From NCBI GenBank assembly GCA_038061695.1, contig JBBTYT010000001.1, positions 1,339 through 65,338 on the forward strand: DNA of 64,000 nt. The letters are read 5' to 3'. The notes beneath the pieces are model-generated. The model had not been told where the DNA came from and ran no database searches. It was given only the letters and a program-made list of their open reading frames with translations. This document shows positions 47,194-56,462 of this stretch, in pieces. The stretch is from Patescibacteria group bacterium. Lineage in GTDB: Bacteria; Patescibacteriota; Minisyncoccia; GWC2-36-17; M10-OD1-4. Position 1 is the first letter of the stretch; the number at the start of each line of letters is the position of its first letter. A program made the translations under genes and the position numbers.

Positions 47194-49083
47194 ATGAAAA
47201 GAAATATATTTAAAGTAATATTTATTCTTCCTTTGTTTGTGTTTGCAATTTCTTTTTTTGCAAATGCGCAGAATCCATTCGATATTGAATTTCCTATTAA
47301 AGAGCTTGGAAGTTGCTCTTCTATAAGCGAATGTAAGTCTTATTGTGATCAAGCTGATAATGCTATAGCGTGTATGAGTTTCGCTGAGAAAAACGGAATT
47401 GTTAAAAAGCAAGAAGATAGGTCTAGTAGAGCGGACGAAGTTCTAAAAGATAGAGCTGGTCCAGGCGGATGCGTTGGCAGAGTAGCTTGCGATGCTTTTT
47501 GTAGTGAGCCAGAAAATAGAGAAATCTGTTTCTCTTTTGCAAAAGAGAATGGTTTAATATCAAAAGATAAGATAGAAAAGATTGAAAAAGAGATGGAATC
47601 AAATAGTGGTCCAGGTGGTTGTAGTTCGCGTCAGCAGTGTGATACTTTTTGTAAAAATCCTGATAATATTCAAATTTGTTTAGATTTTGCCGTAAGCAAT
47701 GGGCATATTGATCAAGAAGAAGCGAGTCTTTTAATTGAAAGGATGAGCAGAGGTAAAGATTTCAGAATAAATAATCAAGGGTCACGAGGTGAATTTAAGG
47801 GTGAAGTGGTAGGCTTGGAGGTAGGCTTGGAGCCTGAGATAGATAAGAAAAAAGCTGAGGAGGTTTTAGCTAAAAATGGCGGACCAGGCGGATGTTTGAC
47901 CATGCTGGAATGTGAAGCTTTTTGCAGTAATGCTGACAATGGGAATATATGTCTTGATTTTGCAATTTCAAATAACTTAATACCAAAAGAGAAAGCAGAG
48001 AAGATGAAAGAGATGATGAATAAATCCGGACCAGGCGGATGTAAGGGAATTGAGTGTAAGGTCTATTGCGAGAATCCTGAAAATGCAGAGGCTTGTTTTA
48101 ATTTTGCAAAAGAGAATGGTTTGTTACATAAAGATGATATAAGACAGTTTGAGAGAGGAAAGGATATTATAAAGAGAATTGAGGGGCGAGGAGGTCCAGG
48201 AGATTGTAGGAGTGAGAAGGAGTGTAGAGCATATTGCCAAGATTCAGTAAATATTGATGAATGTGCTGCTTTCTCTGTTAGTGTGGGATTTATAGATGAA
48301 GATGAAGTTAAAAAATCTTTTGAAGAATTTGAATCTATTAAAGATATGCGAAATAATTTTTCTAATCAGGACTTTCAGGGGGATATGCAAAATCGTCTTA
48401 TAAGAGAAGGTAATTTTACCGGTCAGGGAAAAATGCAAGGAGATTTTAATCCTGAAGGTATGATGCAACAAGGCTTTGATAGGTTTGAAAAGTTTAGAGA
48501 TGAGTTTAAAAAGCATGAAGATTTTTGTTTAAAGCCAGAAAATTCTGAATCATGTAAAAAATTTGAACAGCCTAATATTAATCAAAATGAGTTTACGCCA
48601 AATGATAGAGCACTTGAAATGATGAGATACAAAGAGAATCAAAAAGATATGCCAAGGGATAATACAAATCAAGATCAATTAGATCGCAAAGATTTTAATC
48701 CTCAGAACGATGATGCTAGGAAATTTATACCTAGAGATGATCAGAGAATGGGCGATTTTAATTCTCAAGGTATCCCAAGTGGTCAAATGCCTGGAGCACC
48801 AGAAGGATTTAAACAACCAGAAGGTTTTGTTCCACCTGCAGGCTTTGACCCATCTCAGATGCCAAGAGACTTTAATCTTCAAGGTATTCCAAGTGGTCAA
48901 ATACCTATCGGATCGGAAGGATTTACTCCTCCGGCAGGCTTTGATCCATCTCAGATGCAAAGCGGATCAGAAAGTTTTAAATATCCGGAAGGATTTGTTC
49001 CTCAAATAATTCCACAGTCAATGAATAGATCAATAAATATACTTGCGAATCCACTTGATTTATTGTTTAATCTCTTAAAATAA
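47194..49083 (+). CDS. Secreted protein with six tandem Cys-rich repeats (GPGGC-x5-C-x3-C-x8-C...ENG(L/I)I) and a C-terminal Q/P/G/F-rich tandem repeat region
   Basis: Signal peptide. Repeats AGPGGCVGRVACDAFCSEPENREICFSFAKENGLI, SGPGGCSSRQQCDTFCKNPDNIQICLDFAVSNGHI and four similar copies. C-terminal GIPSGQ(M/I)P...PPAGFDPSQM repeated twice. ORFs 48244-48516, 48679-48960 and 48710-49009 are repeat-induced artifacts. Confidence 0.6.
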   Translation: MKRNIFKVIFILPLFVFAISFFANAQNPFDIEFPIKELGSCSSISECKSYCDQADNAIACMSFAEKNGIVKKQEDRSSRADEVLKDRAGPGGCVGRVACDAFCSEPENREICFSFAKENGLISKDKIEKIEKEMESNSGPGGCSSRQQCDTFCKNPDNIQICLDFAVSNGHIDQEEASLLIERMSRGKDFRINNQGSRGEFKGEVVGLEVGLEPEIDKKKAEEVLAKNGGPGGCLTMLECEAFCSNADNGNICLDFAISNNLIPKEKAEKMKEMMNKSGPGGCKGIECKVYCENPENAEACFNFAKENGLLHKDDIRQFERGKDIIKRIEGRGGPGDCRSEKECRAYCQDSVNIDECAAFSVSVGFIDEDEVKKSFEEFESIKDMRNNFSNQDFQGDMQNRLIREGNFTGQGKMQGDFNPEGMMQQGFDRFEKFRDEFKKHEDFCLKPENSESCKKFEQPNINQNEFTPNDRALEMMRYKENQKDMPRDNTNQDQLDRKDFNPQNDDARKFIPRDDQRMGDFNSQGIPSGQMPGAPEGFKQPEGFVPPAGFDPSQMPRDFNLQGIPSGQIPIGSEGFTPPAGFDPSQMQSGSESFKYPEGFVPQIIPQSMNRSINILANPLDLLFNLLK

Positions 49084-49085
49084 AT

Positions 49086-49931
49086 ATGTATCTTTTGTTT
49101 GATATAGGTGGAACCAAGACAAGAATTGCTTTCTCTGAAGATGGAAAAACATTTGAAGATCCAGAAATATTTTTAACACCTGAAAATTTTGAAGAAGGAA
49201 TAGATCTTATAAAAAGCAAAGCAAAAAAAGTTATAGGAGGAAGAAATCTTATTGCTTTGGCTGGCGGGATAGCTGGTTCTTTGAGTAAAGATAAGAAGGA
49301 GATATTAATTTTGCCAAATATTCCGAAATGGCAAGGAAAACCGATAGTCAGTAGATTAAGTAATGCTTTTAACCTTCCTATTTTTTTGGAAAATGACGCC
49401 GCTTTAGTTGCTCTCGGTGAGGCTATTTACGGTTCTGGTAAGGGAAATAAAGTAGTAGCATATATAACTTTAAGTACTGGGGTAGGTGGGGCGAGAATAG
49501 TTGACGGTAAGATAGATGTAAATTCTTTTGGTTTTGAGCCAGGACATCAAATTATTGATTTTGAAGAAGCATATTGTTCTTCTTGTGGCACTAAAGGTGA
49601 GCTAACTGATTATGTTAGTGGTAAGAGCTTAGAAAACAGACTACATAAGAAACCTCAGGATGTAAAAGATGAAAAAGTTTGGGACGAGCTTGCGAGAATT
49701 CTTGCTTATGGAATAAATAACGTTATTGTATTTTGGTCTCCTGATGTTGTTATTCTTGGTGGAAGTATGATGAACGAATCTAGTATATCTATAGAAAAGG
49801 TACGATCTTATTTGAAGGGTATATTAACTATATTTCCTAAATATTCAGATATTAAATCAGCTTCTTTGGGGGATGTTGGTGGTTTATACGGAGCTCTGGT
49901 ATTGGCAAATTCTAAAAAAGATGAATACTAA
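49086..49931 (+). CDS. ROK-family sugar kinase (glucokinase-like)
   Basis: LLFDIGGTKTRIAF ATP-binding start; ROK zinc motif CSSCGTKGELTDY; 281 aa. Confidence 0.7.
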   Translation: MYLLFDIGGTKTRIAFSEDGKTFEDPEIFLTPENFEEGIDLIKSKAKKVIGGRNLIALAGGIAGSLSKDKKEILILPNIPKWQGKPIVSRLSNAFNLPIFLENDAALVALGEAIYGSGKGNKVVAYITLSTGVGGARIVDGKIDVNSFGFEPGHQIIDFEEAYCSSCGTKGELTDYVSGKSLENRLHKKPQDVKDEKVWDELARILAYGINNVIVFWSPDVVILGGSMMNESSISIEKVRSYLKGILTIFPKYSDIKSASLGDVGGLYGALVLANSKKDEY

Positions 49932-51336
49932 GAAAACAAGAATTATAGCTACGATTGGTCCAGCATCTCAAAATGAAAAAGTGCTGACTAAAATGATAAA
50001 GTCAGGAGTGAACTTAGTTAGACTTAATTTCTCTCATGGAGATCATAAAATTCATGAGAGGACGGTTCAACTTATAAGAGAGATATCTAAGAAATTAAAA
50101 ATTTCTGTTTCTATAATTCAGGATTTATCTGGACCAAAGATAAGAATAGGGGATTTTTATAAAGATAGAGTTAATTTAAAAACCGGATCCATCTTTACAT
50201 TAAGCACTAAGCTGTGTATCGGTGATGAAAGTGTTGTATTTGTAAATTACAAAAATTTACCAAGAGAGGTTAAAAGTGGAAGCATGCTACTTCTTGATGA
50301 TGGTAAAAAGAAACTCTGTGTTATCTCTGTTTTAAAGAGTGAAATAAAATGCAGAGTAGTTGTTGGTGGAGAGATGAAAAACAGGAGGGGTGTAAATATT
50401 CCGGGAGCATATTTAAAGATCAGCTGTCTTACAGAAAAAGATAAAAAAGATATAGCTTTTGGCATTAAATATGATGTTGATTTTTTTGCTTTGTCTTTTG
50501 TAAGAAAGCCGTCAGATATTTTAGAGTTAAGATATATTTTAAATCAAGAGAAATCAGAAGCTGGTATAATTGCAAAAATTGAAACAGAGGAGGCTATAGA
50601 AAATTTAGATGCGATTATAGATGTAACAGATGCTGTTATGGTGGCAAGAGGTGATCTTGCTGTTGAGATGCCACCTGAGGATGTGCCTACATTACAGAAA
50701 ATTATTGTTAAAAAATGCAATAAGTCTGGCAAGCCAGTCATAGTAGCTACGCAGATGCTTGAGTCTATGATAAAATGTCCTGTCCCAACAAGGGCTGAAG
50801 TAAGCGATATTGCAAATTCTATACTTGATGGCGCTGATGCGCTGATGCTTTCTGAAGAGACGGCACTCGGAGATTATCCAGTTGAAGTGATAAATATAAT
50901 GGCGAGCGTTGCTATAAAGACAGAATTAAATTATCCTAAAAAAGAGATTCAAGTAGTAGATGAGCAATATAAAAAAGGTATCGTTGATTCTATAACAGAG
51001 TCAATTGTAAAAACAGCAAACGACATTGATGCGAAGATTATCATAGCTTTAACAGAGTCGGGATTTACGCCAAGAATGATATCAAGATATAAGCCGACAC
51101 AAAAGATAGTTGTTTTGACTCCAAATCAAAAAACAGCAAACAAAATAATGTTGAGTTTTGGGTGTTATCCTTTTATCATAAAACCATTTCAAGATATTAT
51201 TCAAGTAAGCGATTATGTGAGTTCATTTGTTATTAAAAATAAATATGCAAAAAAAGGTGATAGGATAGTTATCGCCGCAGGCATTCCATTCGGACAAGTA
51301 GGCGGAACTAATACTATAATGGTTCAGGAAATTTGA
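49921..51336 (+). CDS. pyk: Pyruvate kinase
   Basis: MNTKKTRIIATIGPAS...NFSHG, MVARGDLAVE. Start set at the ATG overlapping the ROK stop by 11 nt (the track ORF begins 49873). Confidence 0.85.
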   Translation: MNTKKTRIIATIGPASQNEKVLTKMIKSGVNLVRLNFSHGDHKIHERTVQLIREISKKLKISVSIIQDLSGPKIRIGDFYKDRVNLKTGSIFTLSTKLCIGDESVVFVNYKNLPREVKSGSMLLLDDGKKKLCVISVLKSEIKCRVVVGGEMKNRRGVNIPGAYLKISCLTEKDKKDIAFGIKYDVDFFALSFVRKPSDILELRYILNQEKSEAGIIAKIETEEAIENLDAIIDVTDAVMVARGDLAVEMPPEDVPTLQKIIVKKCNKSGKPVIVATQMLESMIKCPVPTRAEVSDIANSILDGADALMLSEETALGDYPVEVINIMASVAIKTELNYPKKEIQVVDEQYKKGIVDSITESIVKTANDIDAKIIIALTESGFTPRMISRYKPTQKIVVLTPNQKTANKIMLSFGCYPFIIKPFQDIIQVSDYVSSFVIKNKYAKKGDRIVIAAGIPFGQVGGTNTIMVQEI

Positions 51337-51356
51337 TAAGCTTATAATATTACAAT

Positions 51357-51788
51357 ATGGTTTCCACAACCGAGATTGAAAATTTTAATAAAAATTTTGA
51401 TGTTGTTTCTGTTTTTATTGAGCATAATGAAGAGATATTGCTTTTACATCGTCAGGATCATAAACCGCAAGGTAATACATGGGCTAATGTGGCAGGCAAG
51501 GTGAATGGCGGTGAGAATTTACTTGATGCTTTGATCAGAGAAGTTGAAGAAGAGATCGGTTTAAAAATAAAAAAAGAAAATTATACATACTTCAAGAAAT
51601 ATTATGTTAGATATCCGGGGTATGATTTTTTATATCATATTTACCATCTGCTTTTGGAAGAGAGGCCAATTTTGAATTTAAACTTAGAAGAAAGCAAAGA
51701 TTATAAATGGATAAAGCCGCAAGATGCTTTGAAGCTTGATTTAATTCAAGATGAGGATATTTCTATCAAGCAATTTTATAATATTTAA
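51357..51788 (+). CDS. NUDIX hydrolase
   Basis: Nudix box GKVNGGENLLDALIREVEEEIGL. Confidence 0.75.
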   Translation: MVSTTEIENFNKNFDVVSVFIEHNEEILLLHRQDHKPQGNTWANVAGKVNGGENLLDALIREVEEEIGLKIKKENYTYFKKYYVRYPGYDFLYHIYHLLLEERPILNLNLEESKDYKWIKPQDALKLDLIQDEDISIKQFYNI

Positions 51789-51808
51789 TCAGTTATATTA
51801 CTAATTAT

Positions 51809-52276
51809 ATGTCTAATGCCTGTGACCATAAAAGTGTCGGAATGATTCTTTACAAAGATGAAAAAATTCTATTAATTGAAAGAGCCAAATATCCTTTTGG
51901 CTTTGCCATTCCAGCTGGTCATGTCGATGATGACAAAACTTATGAAGAATCTGCCCAGCGTGAATTAAAAGAAGAGGTTGGGCTAGGAACAAAAGAATTA
52001 AAATTAATTATAGAGGGGAGAAAAGAAAATAAATGCAGGAGAGATGGCGGTTCATGGCATTTTTGGAAGATATATCAAATAATTTCAATTGGAGAAATAG
52101 ATAGAAGTAAAGACGAAACGAAGCAAGTCGGCTGGTATACTAAAGATCAAATAAGAGTTCTTGGAAATAAAGCTGAAAAGTATAATAATAAAGAAATTTC
52201 TGAGGAAGAGTGGAATAAGAATCCTGGGCTGGAACCCGTGATATATGAATGGTTTAAGGAATTAAAAATAATTTAA
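51809..52276 (+). CDS. NUDIX hydrolase (second, divergent copy)
   Basis: Nudix box AGHVDDDKTYEESAQRELKEEVGL. Confidence 0.75.
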   Translation: MSNACDHKSVGMILYKDEKILLIERAKYPFGFAIPAGHVDDDKTYEESAQRELKEEVGLGTKELKLIIEGRKENKCRRDGGSWHFWKIYQIISIGEIDRSKDETKQVGWYTKDQIRVLGNKAEKYNNKEISEEEWNKNPGLEPVIYEWFKELKII

Positions 52277-52281
52277 AGAAA

Positions 52282-52746
52282 ATGAAAAAAGTTACTAAAA
52301 TAAAAAAGAAAAAGAGAGAGGTTGTTATTTGTTCAAGCGCCGCTTTTTATAAAAATATGTTGGATGTTGAGGATGAGCTTAAGAGATTAGGATTTAAAGT
52401 AATCATCCCTCTTACTGCAAGTGCAATGAAAAAGAACGGTGATTTTAGCGTGGAAAGATATAAAACTTGGCATAAAAATTCGGATGATTATAAAAGAAAA
52501 ACTTTTTTAACGAAACATCACTTTAATAAAATTGTGAAAGGAGATGTTATTCTCGTATTGAATTATGAAAAAAATGGAATTATTGGATATATTGGCGGGG
52601 CAGTTTTATCTGAGATGGCAATCGCCCTTCATCATGGCAAGAAAATTTACATGCTTAATCCAGTACCAGAATCTCTATCTTACAAAGAAGAGCTTTATGG
52701 AATGATGCCGATTGTCATCAATGGCGATTTAAATTTAATCCGTTAA
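52282..52746 (+). CDS. Nucleoside 2-deoxyribosyltransferase-like protein
   Basis: VVICSSAAFY N-terminal strand and GGAVLSEMAIALHHGKKIYML, matching the NDT-family catalytic-Glu region. Confidence 0.45.
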   Translation: MKKVTKIKKKKREVVICSSAAFYKNMLDVEDELKRLGFKVIIPLTASAMKKNGDFSVERYKTWHKNSDDYKRKTFLTKHHFNKIVKGDVILVLNYEKNGIIGYIGGAVLSEMAIALHHGKKIYMLNPVPESLSYKEELYGMMPIVINGDLNLIR

Positions 52747-52765
52747 TAAAAAAGGTTTCAAATAT

Positions 52766-53101
52766 ATGACTTTAGAAATATTTCAAAAATTTATCGATGA
52801 ACAGGATGCTCTTTTTCGCGCGGTGAAAGATTCTAATAAAACTGATCGTGAACGTGTTTTTGCTCGTGTGATTAAATTAGGGGAAGAGTACGGGGAGTTA
52901 TGTGATGAAGTGCTTGCTTCAGTCGGAGATCAAAGAAAGGACAAATTAGATGAGAAGCATGATTTGGAGGGTGAGTTTGCTGATGTGGTTATCGTTGCTT
53001 TCATGCTCGCAAAAGCTATGAATATAGATATGAAAAAAGCGTTAATAAATAAGATGCAAAAAATTAAGGATAAACATAATAAACAAATAGGGGTTAAGTA
53101 A
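52766..53101 (+). CDS. MazG-like nucleotide pyrophosphohydrolase (single domain)
   Basis: EEYGELCDEVL and EFADVVIVAFMLAKAMNIDM (EExxE/D metal-binding helices); 111 aa. Confidence 0.65.
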   Translation: MTLEIFQKFIDEQDALFRAVKDSNKTDRERVFARVIKLGEEYGELCDEVLASVGDQRKDKLDEKHDLEGEFADVVIVAFMLAKAMNIDMKKALINKMQKIKDKHNKQIGVK

Positions 53102-53192
53102 AATTTATATAATCGAAATTGTGTTTCAAGTTGAATTTTTCAATTTTTCTGATATACTGATTTTATATTAAAATTTAACTTATTTATCTTAT

Positions 53193-53750
53193 ATGTATGA
53201 AGATATCTTAAATCCATTTAAGGAAAAAATGGAAAAAACCATTGATCATTTTAGATTGGAAATAACTTCTTTAAGAACCGGTAGAGCATCTTCCACCTTG
53301 GTTGAAGATTTGAAAGTTATTTATTTTGGAGTTCCAACTCCATTAAATCAAATTGCTTCAATAACAGTTCAACCGCCAAGCACGATAGTTATTAAACCGT
53401 GGGATAGAAGTGCTATTGCTCCTATTGAGTCTGCTATTAGAAATTCTCAAATTGGTCTTGCGCCTATTGCCGAAAGCGACTTTGTCAGGATAAATATTCC
53501 AACTTTAACTCAAGAAAGAAGAGAACAATTGATAAAGATTTTAGGTCAGAGAGCTGAGGATGCGAAAGTTGCTGTAAGGCAAGAAAGAGAGTATATTATG
53601 AAGGATATTGATAAAAGAGAGAAAGAAGGAACTTTGTCTGAGGATGATAAATTTAAATCAAAAGAGATGGTTCAGAAGCTTGTTGATTTATATAATGATA
53701 AGGTAAAAAATGTAAGAGATTTAAAGGAGAGAGATATATTAAGTAATTGA
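53193..53750 (+). CDS. frr: Ribosome recycling factor
   Basis: 185 aa; TIDHFRLEITSLRTGRASSTLVEDLKVIYFGVPTPLNQIASITV is a classical RRF. Confidence 0.9.
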   Translation: MYEDILNPFKEKMEKTIDHFRLEITSLRTGRASSTLVEDLKVIYFGVPTPLNQIASITVQPPSTIVIKPWDRSAIAPIESAIRNSQIGLAPIAESDFVRINIPTLTQERREQLIKILGQRAEDAKVAVRQEREYIMKDIDKREKEGTLSEDDKFKSKEMVQKLVDLYNDKVKNVRDLKERDILSN

Positions 53751-53761
53751 AATTATAACCA

Positions 53762-54850
53762 ATGTCAGTTTTATTATCTATAGTAGTTTTCATTGTTATT
53801 TTAGCCTTATTGGTTTTGGTGCATGAATTTGGGCATTTTAAGGCTGCGAGAAAATTCGGAATTCGTGTTGATGAATTCGGTTTTGGTTTTCCGCCTAAAA
53901 TTTGGAGTAGAAAAAAAGATGAAACAGAATATTCTATTAATTGGATACCGCTTGGCGGATTTGTGAAGATATTTGGAGAATCAAGAGAAGGGGAAGGAGA
54001 TCCAAGTAGTTTTGCGTCAAAGCCTGTTTGGCAAAGAATGATAGTCATTTCAGCAGGTGTGTTTATGAATTGGGTTTTAGCAGTTGTTCTTCTAACTATA
54101 GGATTTTGGTATGGTCTTCCTCAGCTTGTGACAGATGAGAATATTGGTAGAGCTAGAGATGTGACTGTCACTATTACTCAAGTTGTGTCAAGTTCTCCGG
54201 CACAAGAAGCAGGTTTTAAAGTAGGTGATTCTATAAACAAACTTACATTTGGTTCTGATATTATTTTAATTTCAGAGCCTGAGCATGTTCAGGAATTTAT
54301 TGCAAAGCATAAAGGTGAGAATATTTCAGCTCAAATAAAAAGAGGAGGGGAATTATTAAACTTGGAAGTTACTCCAAGATTAAAGGTTCCAGAGGGAGAA
54401 GGTGCTGTTGGTGTAGCTATGGGAAAAGTTGGTATAGTTTCATCTATTTGGTATAAAGCTCCTTGGGATGGTTTAAAAACAACATATTTTATGACAGGAT
54501 CTATGTTCACAGGTTTTTATGAAATATTAAAAAATCTTGTTCTTTCTGGTAAGGCTGGTGTTGATGTCGCAGGTCCTATAGGCATTGGTCAGATGACATA
54601 TCAATTCACTCAACTCGGATTCTCTTATCTTATTCAATTTGCTGCTATACTATCAATTAATTTAGCTATTTTAAATGCTCTTCCAATCCCAGCTCTTGAT
54701 GGTGGAAGATTTATATTTTTAATTATAGAGGCGATAAAAAGATCTCCTGTTTCTCAAAAGGTTGAGATGACTTTTCAGACAGTAGGTATTGCGCTTTTAA
54801 TATTATTAATGGTGGTGGTGACTATTAAAGATATTATACGTTTATTTTAA
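53762..54850 (+). CDS. rseP: RIP zinc metalloprotease RseP (site-2 protease)
   Basis: HEFGHF HExxH in the first TM, PDZ domain, LNALPIPALDGG LDG motif. Minus ORF 53653-54048 is antisense. Confidence 0.85.
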   Translation: MSVLLSIVVFIVILALLVLVHEFGHFKAARKFGIRVDEFGFGFPPKIWSRKKDETEYSINWIPLGGFVKIFGESREGEGDPSSFASKPVWQRMIVISAGVFMNWVLAVVLLTIGFWYGLPQLVTDENIGRARDVTVTITQVVSSSPAQEAGFKVGDSINKLTFGSDIILISEPEHVQEFIAKHKGENISAQIKRGGELLNLEVTPRLKVPEGEGAVGVAMGKVGIVSSIWYKAPWDGLKTTYFMTGSMFTGFYEILKNLVLSGKAGVDVAGPIGIGQMTYQFTQLGFSYLIQFAAILSINLAILNALPIPALDGGRFIFLIIEAIKRSPVSQKVEMTFQTVGIALLILLMVVVTIKDIIRLF

Positions 54851-55010
54851 TACTTTCCTTTGTTTTTGTTGAAAATATGCATAATTTCTAGGATGCTAGA
54901 GATTGTAATACACATGTTAAGTATCAATTTTATTAATGTTAAATAATTATATATTGATATACCTATTAAACCCTTGCTTTACGCTATATTTAGGTATAAT
55001 ATGTTAATTA

Positions 55011-56210
55011 ATGAATGATCAAGATGTAAATAAATCAGAGTTTAAGGAAATACCCTTGAAAATATATGAACCAACATGGGGTTCAGACCTTGCTGGTACT
55101 ATTATTGAGCTTGAAAAACTGCGCGTAAGAAAGCTTGGTGGACCGGTCCCACCCTATATATTTTTTCAGCTGAAAGATATTTTTCAGATGATGGAAAGTC
55201 TCGGGTCCGCGCGCATCGAGGGAAACCATACAACCCTCGCCGAGTTTGTTGAAAAAATTATTGACCAAATTCCAAAAGACACAAAAGAGGAATCCATTCG
55301 TGAGATTTTTAACATTGAACGAGCAATTAAATTTATCGAGGATAATGTTGCCGAGGGTGGGAAAATTACTCGTGCGCATATATCAGAAATTCATAAAATT
55401 ATTGTAGATGGTCTTACTCCGTCACCATTTGGTGAAGGCTCATGTTATCCTGGAGACTTGAGATCAATCAATGTCGGCATTCAAGGATCGTCCCATGTGC
55501 CACCTGATAAAGTTAAAGTGCTAGATTATTTTGAAGAGCTTATTGCGTTTGTGAACACGGAAGTCGGACCACAAAACGATCTATTGGTAACAGCTCTCTC
55601 TCATCATCGTATGGCGTGGATTCACCCATTCGATAACGGCAACGGACGTTTGATTCGAATGTTTACTTACGCTTTGCTCATTAAGCAAGGTTTTAAAGTC
55701 CATGACGGACGAATACTTAATCCAACGGCAATCTTTTGTATGGACCGTAATCAGTATTACAAAAATTTAGGACTTGCTGATACTGGAGAAAAAGACAAAG
55801 TGCTTGAATGGTGTTCGTATGTCCTTAGCGGTTTAAAAGAGGAAATTGAAAAAATTGACCGTTTGCTTGATTTAAAATATATGACTGAGACGATTTTGAT
55901 ACCAGTTTTGGCCTATGCGCTTGAACGTCAACTTATTACTAAACGCGAATTCTATATTTTAAGTGCCTTGGTGAAGAGTAAGTTGATGATAATTAAGTCG
56001 TCAGACCTCAATTCAATTATTGGAGAAGAGTCAGCTGTCCAGCGTTCACGCATTCTTAAGCGTCTAAAAGATAAAAAAATGCTCCGTCTTGCGCATGGCA
56101 AGAGTCGTGTATATACCATTAATTTCGTAAATAATTATCTATTGCGTGGGATTTTTTATGTTCTTGAGAAGAACGGCTTCGTCCCGCCGTCTTTGAACAA
56201 GAAAAATTAA
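55011..56210 (+). CDS. Fic family protein (class II, with N-terminal inhibitory SxxxEG helix and C-terminal winged-helix)
   Basis: Fic motif HPFDNGNGRLIRM; inhibitory motif SARIEGN upstream of the core. Flanked by AT-rich non-coding DNA on both sides. Minus ORF 55083-55379 rejected. Confidence 0.8.
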   Translation: MNDQDVNKSEFKEIPLKIYEPTWGSDLAGTIIELEKLRVRKLGGPVPPYIFFQLKDIFQMMESLGSARIEGNHTTLAEFVEKIIDQIPKDTKEESIREIFNIERAIKFIEDNVAEGGKITRAHISEIHKIIVDGLTPSPFGEGSCYPGDLRSINVGIQGSSHVPPDKVKVLDYFEELIAFVNTEVGPQNDLLVTALSHHRMAWIHPFDNGNGRLIRMFTYALLIKQGFKVHDGRILNPTAIFCMDRNQYYKNLGLADTGEKDKVLEWCSYVLSGLKEEIEKIDRLLDLKYMTETILIPVLAYALERQLITKREFYILSALVKSKLMIIKSSDLNSIIGEESAVQRSRILKRLKDKKMLRLAHGKSRVYTINFVNNYLLRGIFYVLEKNGFVPPSLNKKN

Positions 56211-56462
56211 AATGTAATTTAAAGTACAAACCGCCATACGATAAGACTCAAACATTGCTACATCGTCTATAGGTTTTTATCATTATTTGATAAACCTGCT
56301 TTTTAATTTGTCTTATTTTCGCTTAATTTCACTTGTAAATTCTGATTTTATTAGGATTTACAAAGTAACGGTATTGATGTATTCTATCATAATAGTGAGG
56401 ATATATCTTTTTTGACGAGGAATTAAAAGATATAAAAAATAAATTTCTTAAATTTCAAGATA

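Noticed and set aside
48244-49009. Three 90-99-aa ORFs on both strands near the 3' end of the Cys-rich protein gene
   Set aside because: They are generated by nucleotide-level tandem repeats in the Q/P/G/F-rich tail and are nested in the 629-aa ORF, which has a signal peptide and a consistent repeat structure.
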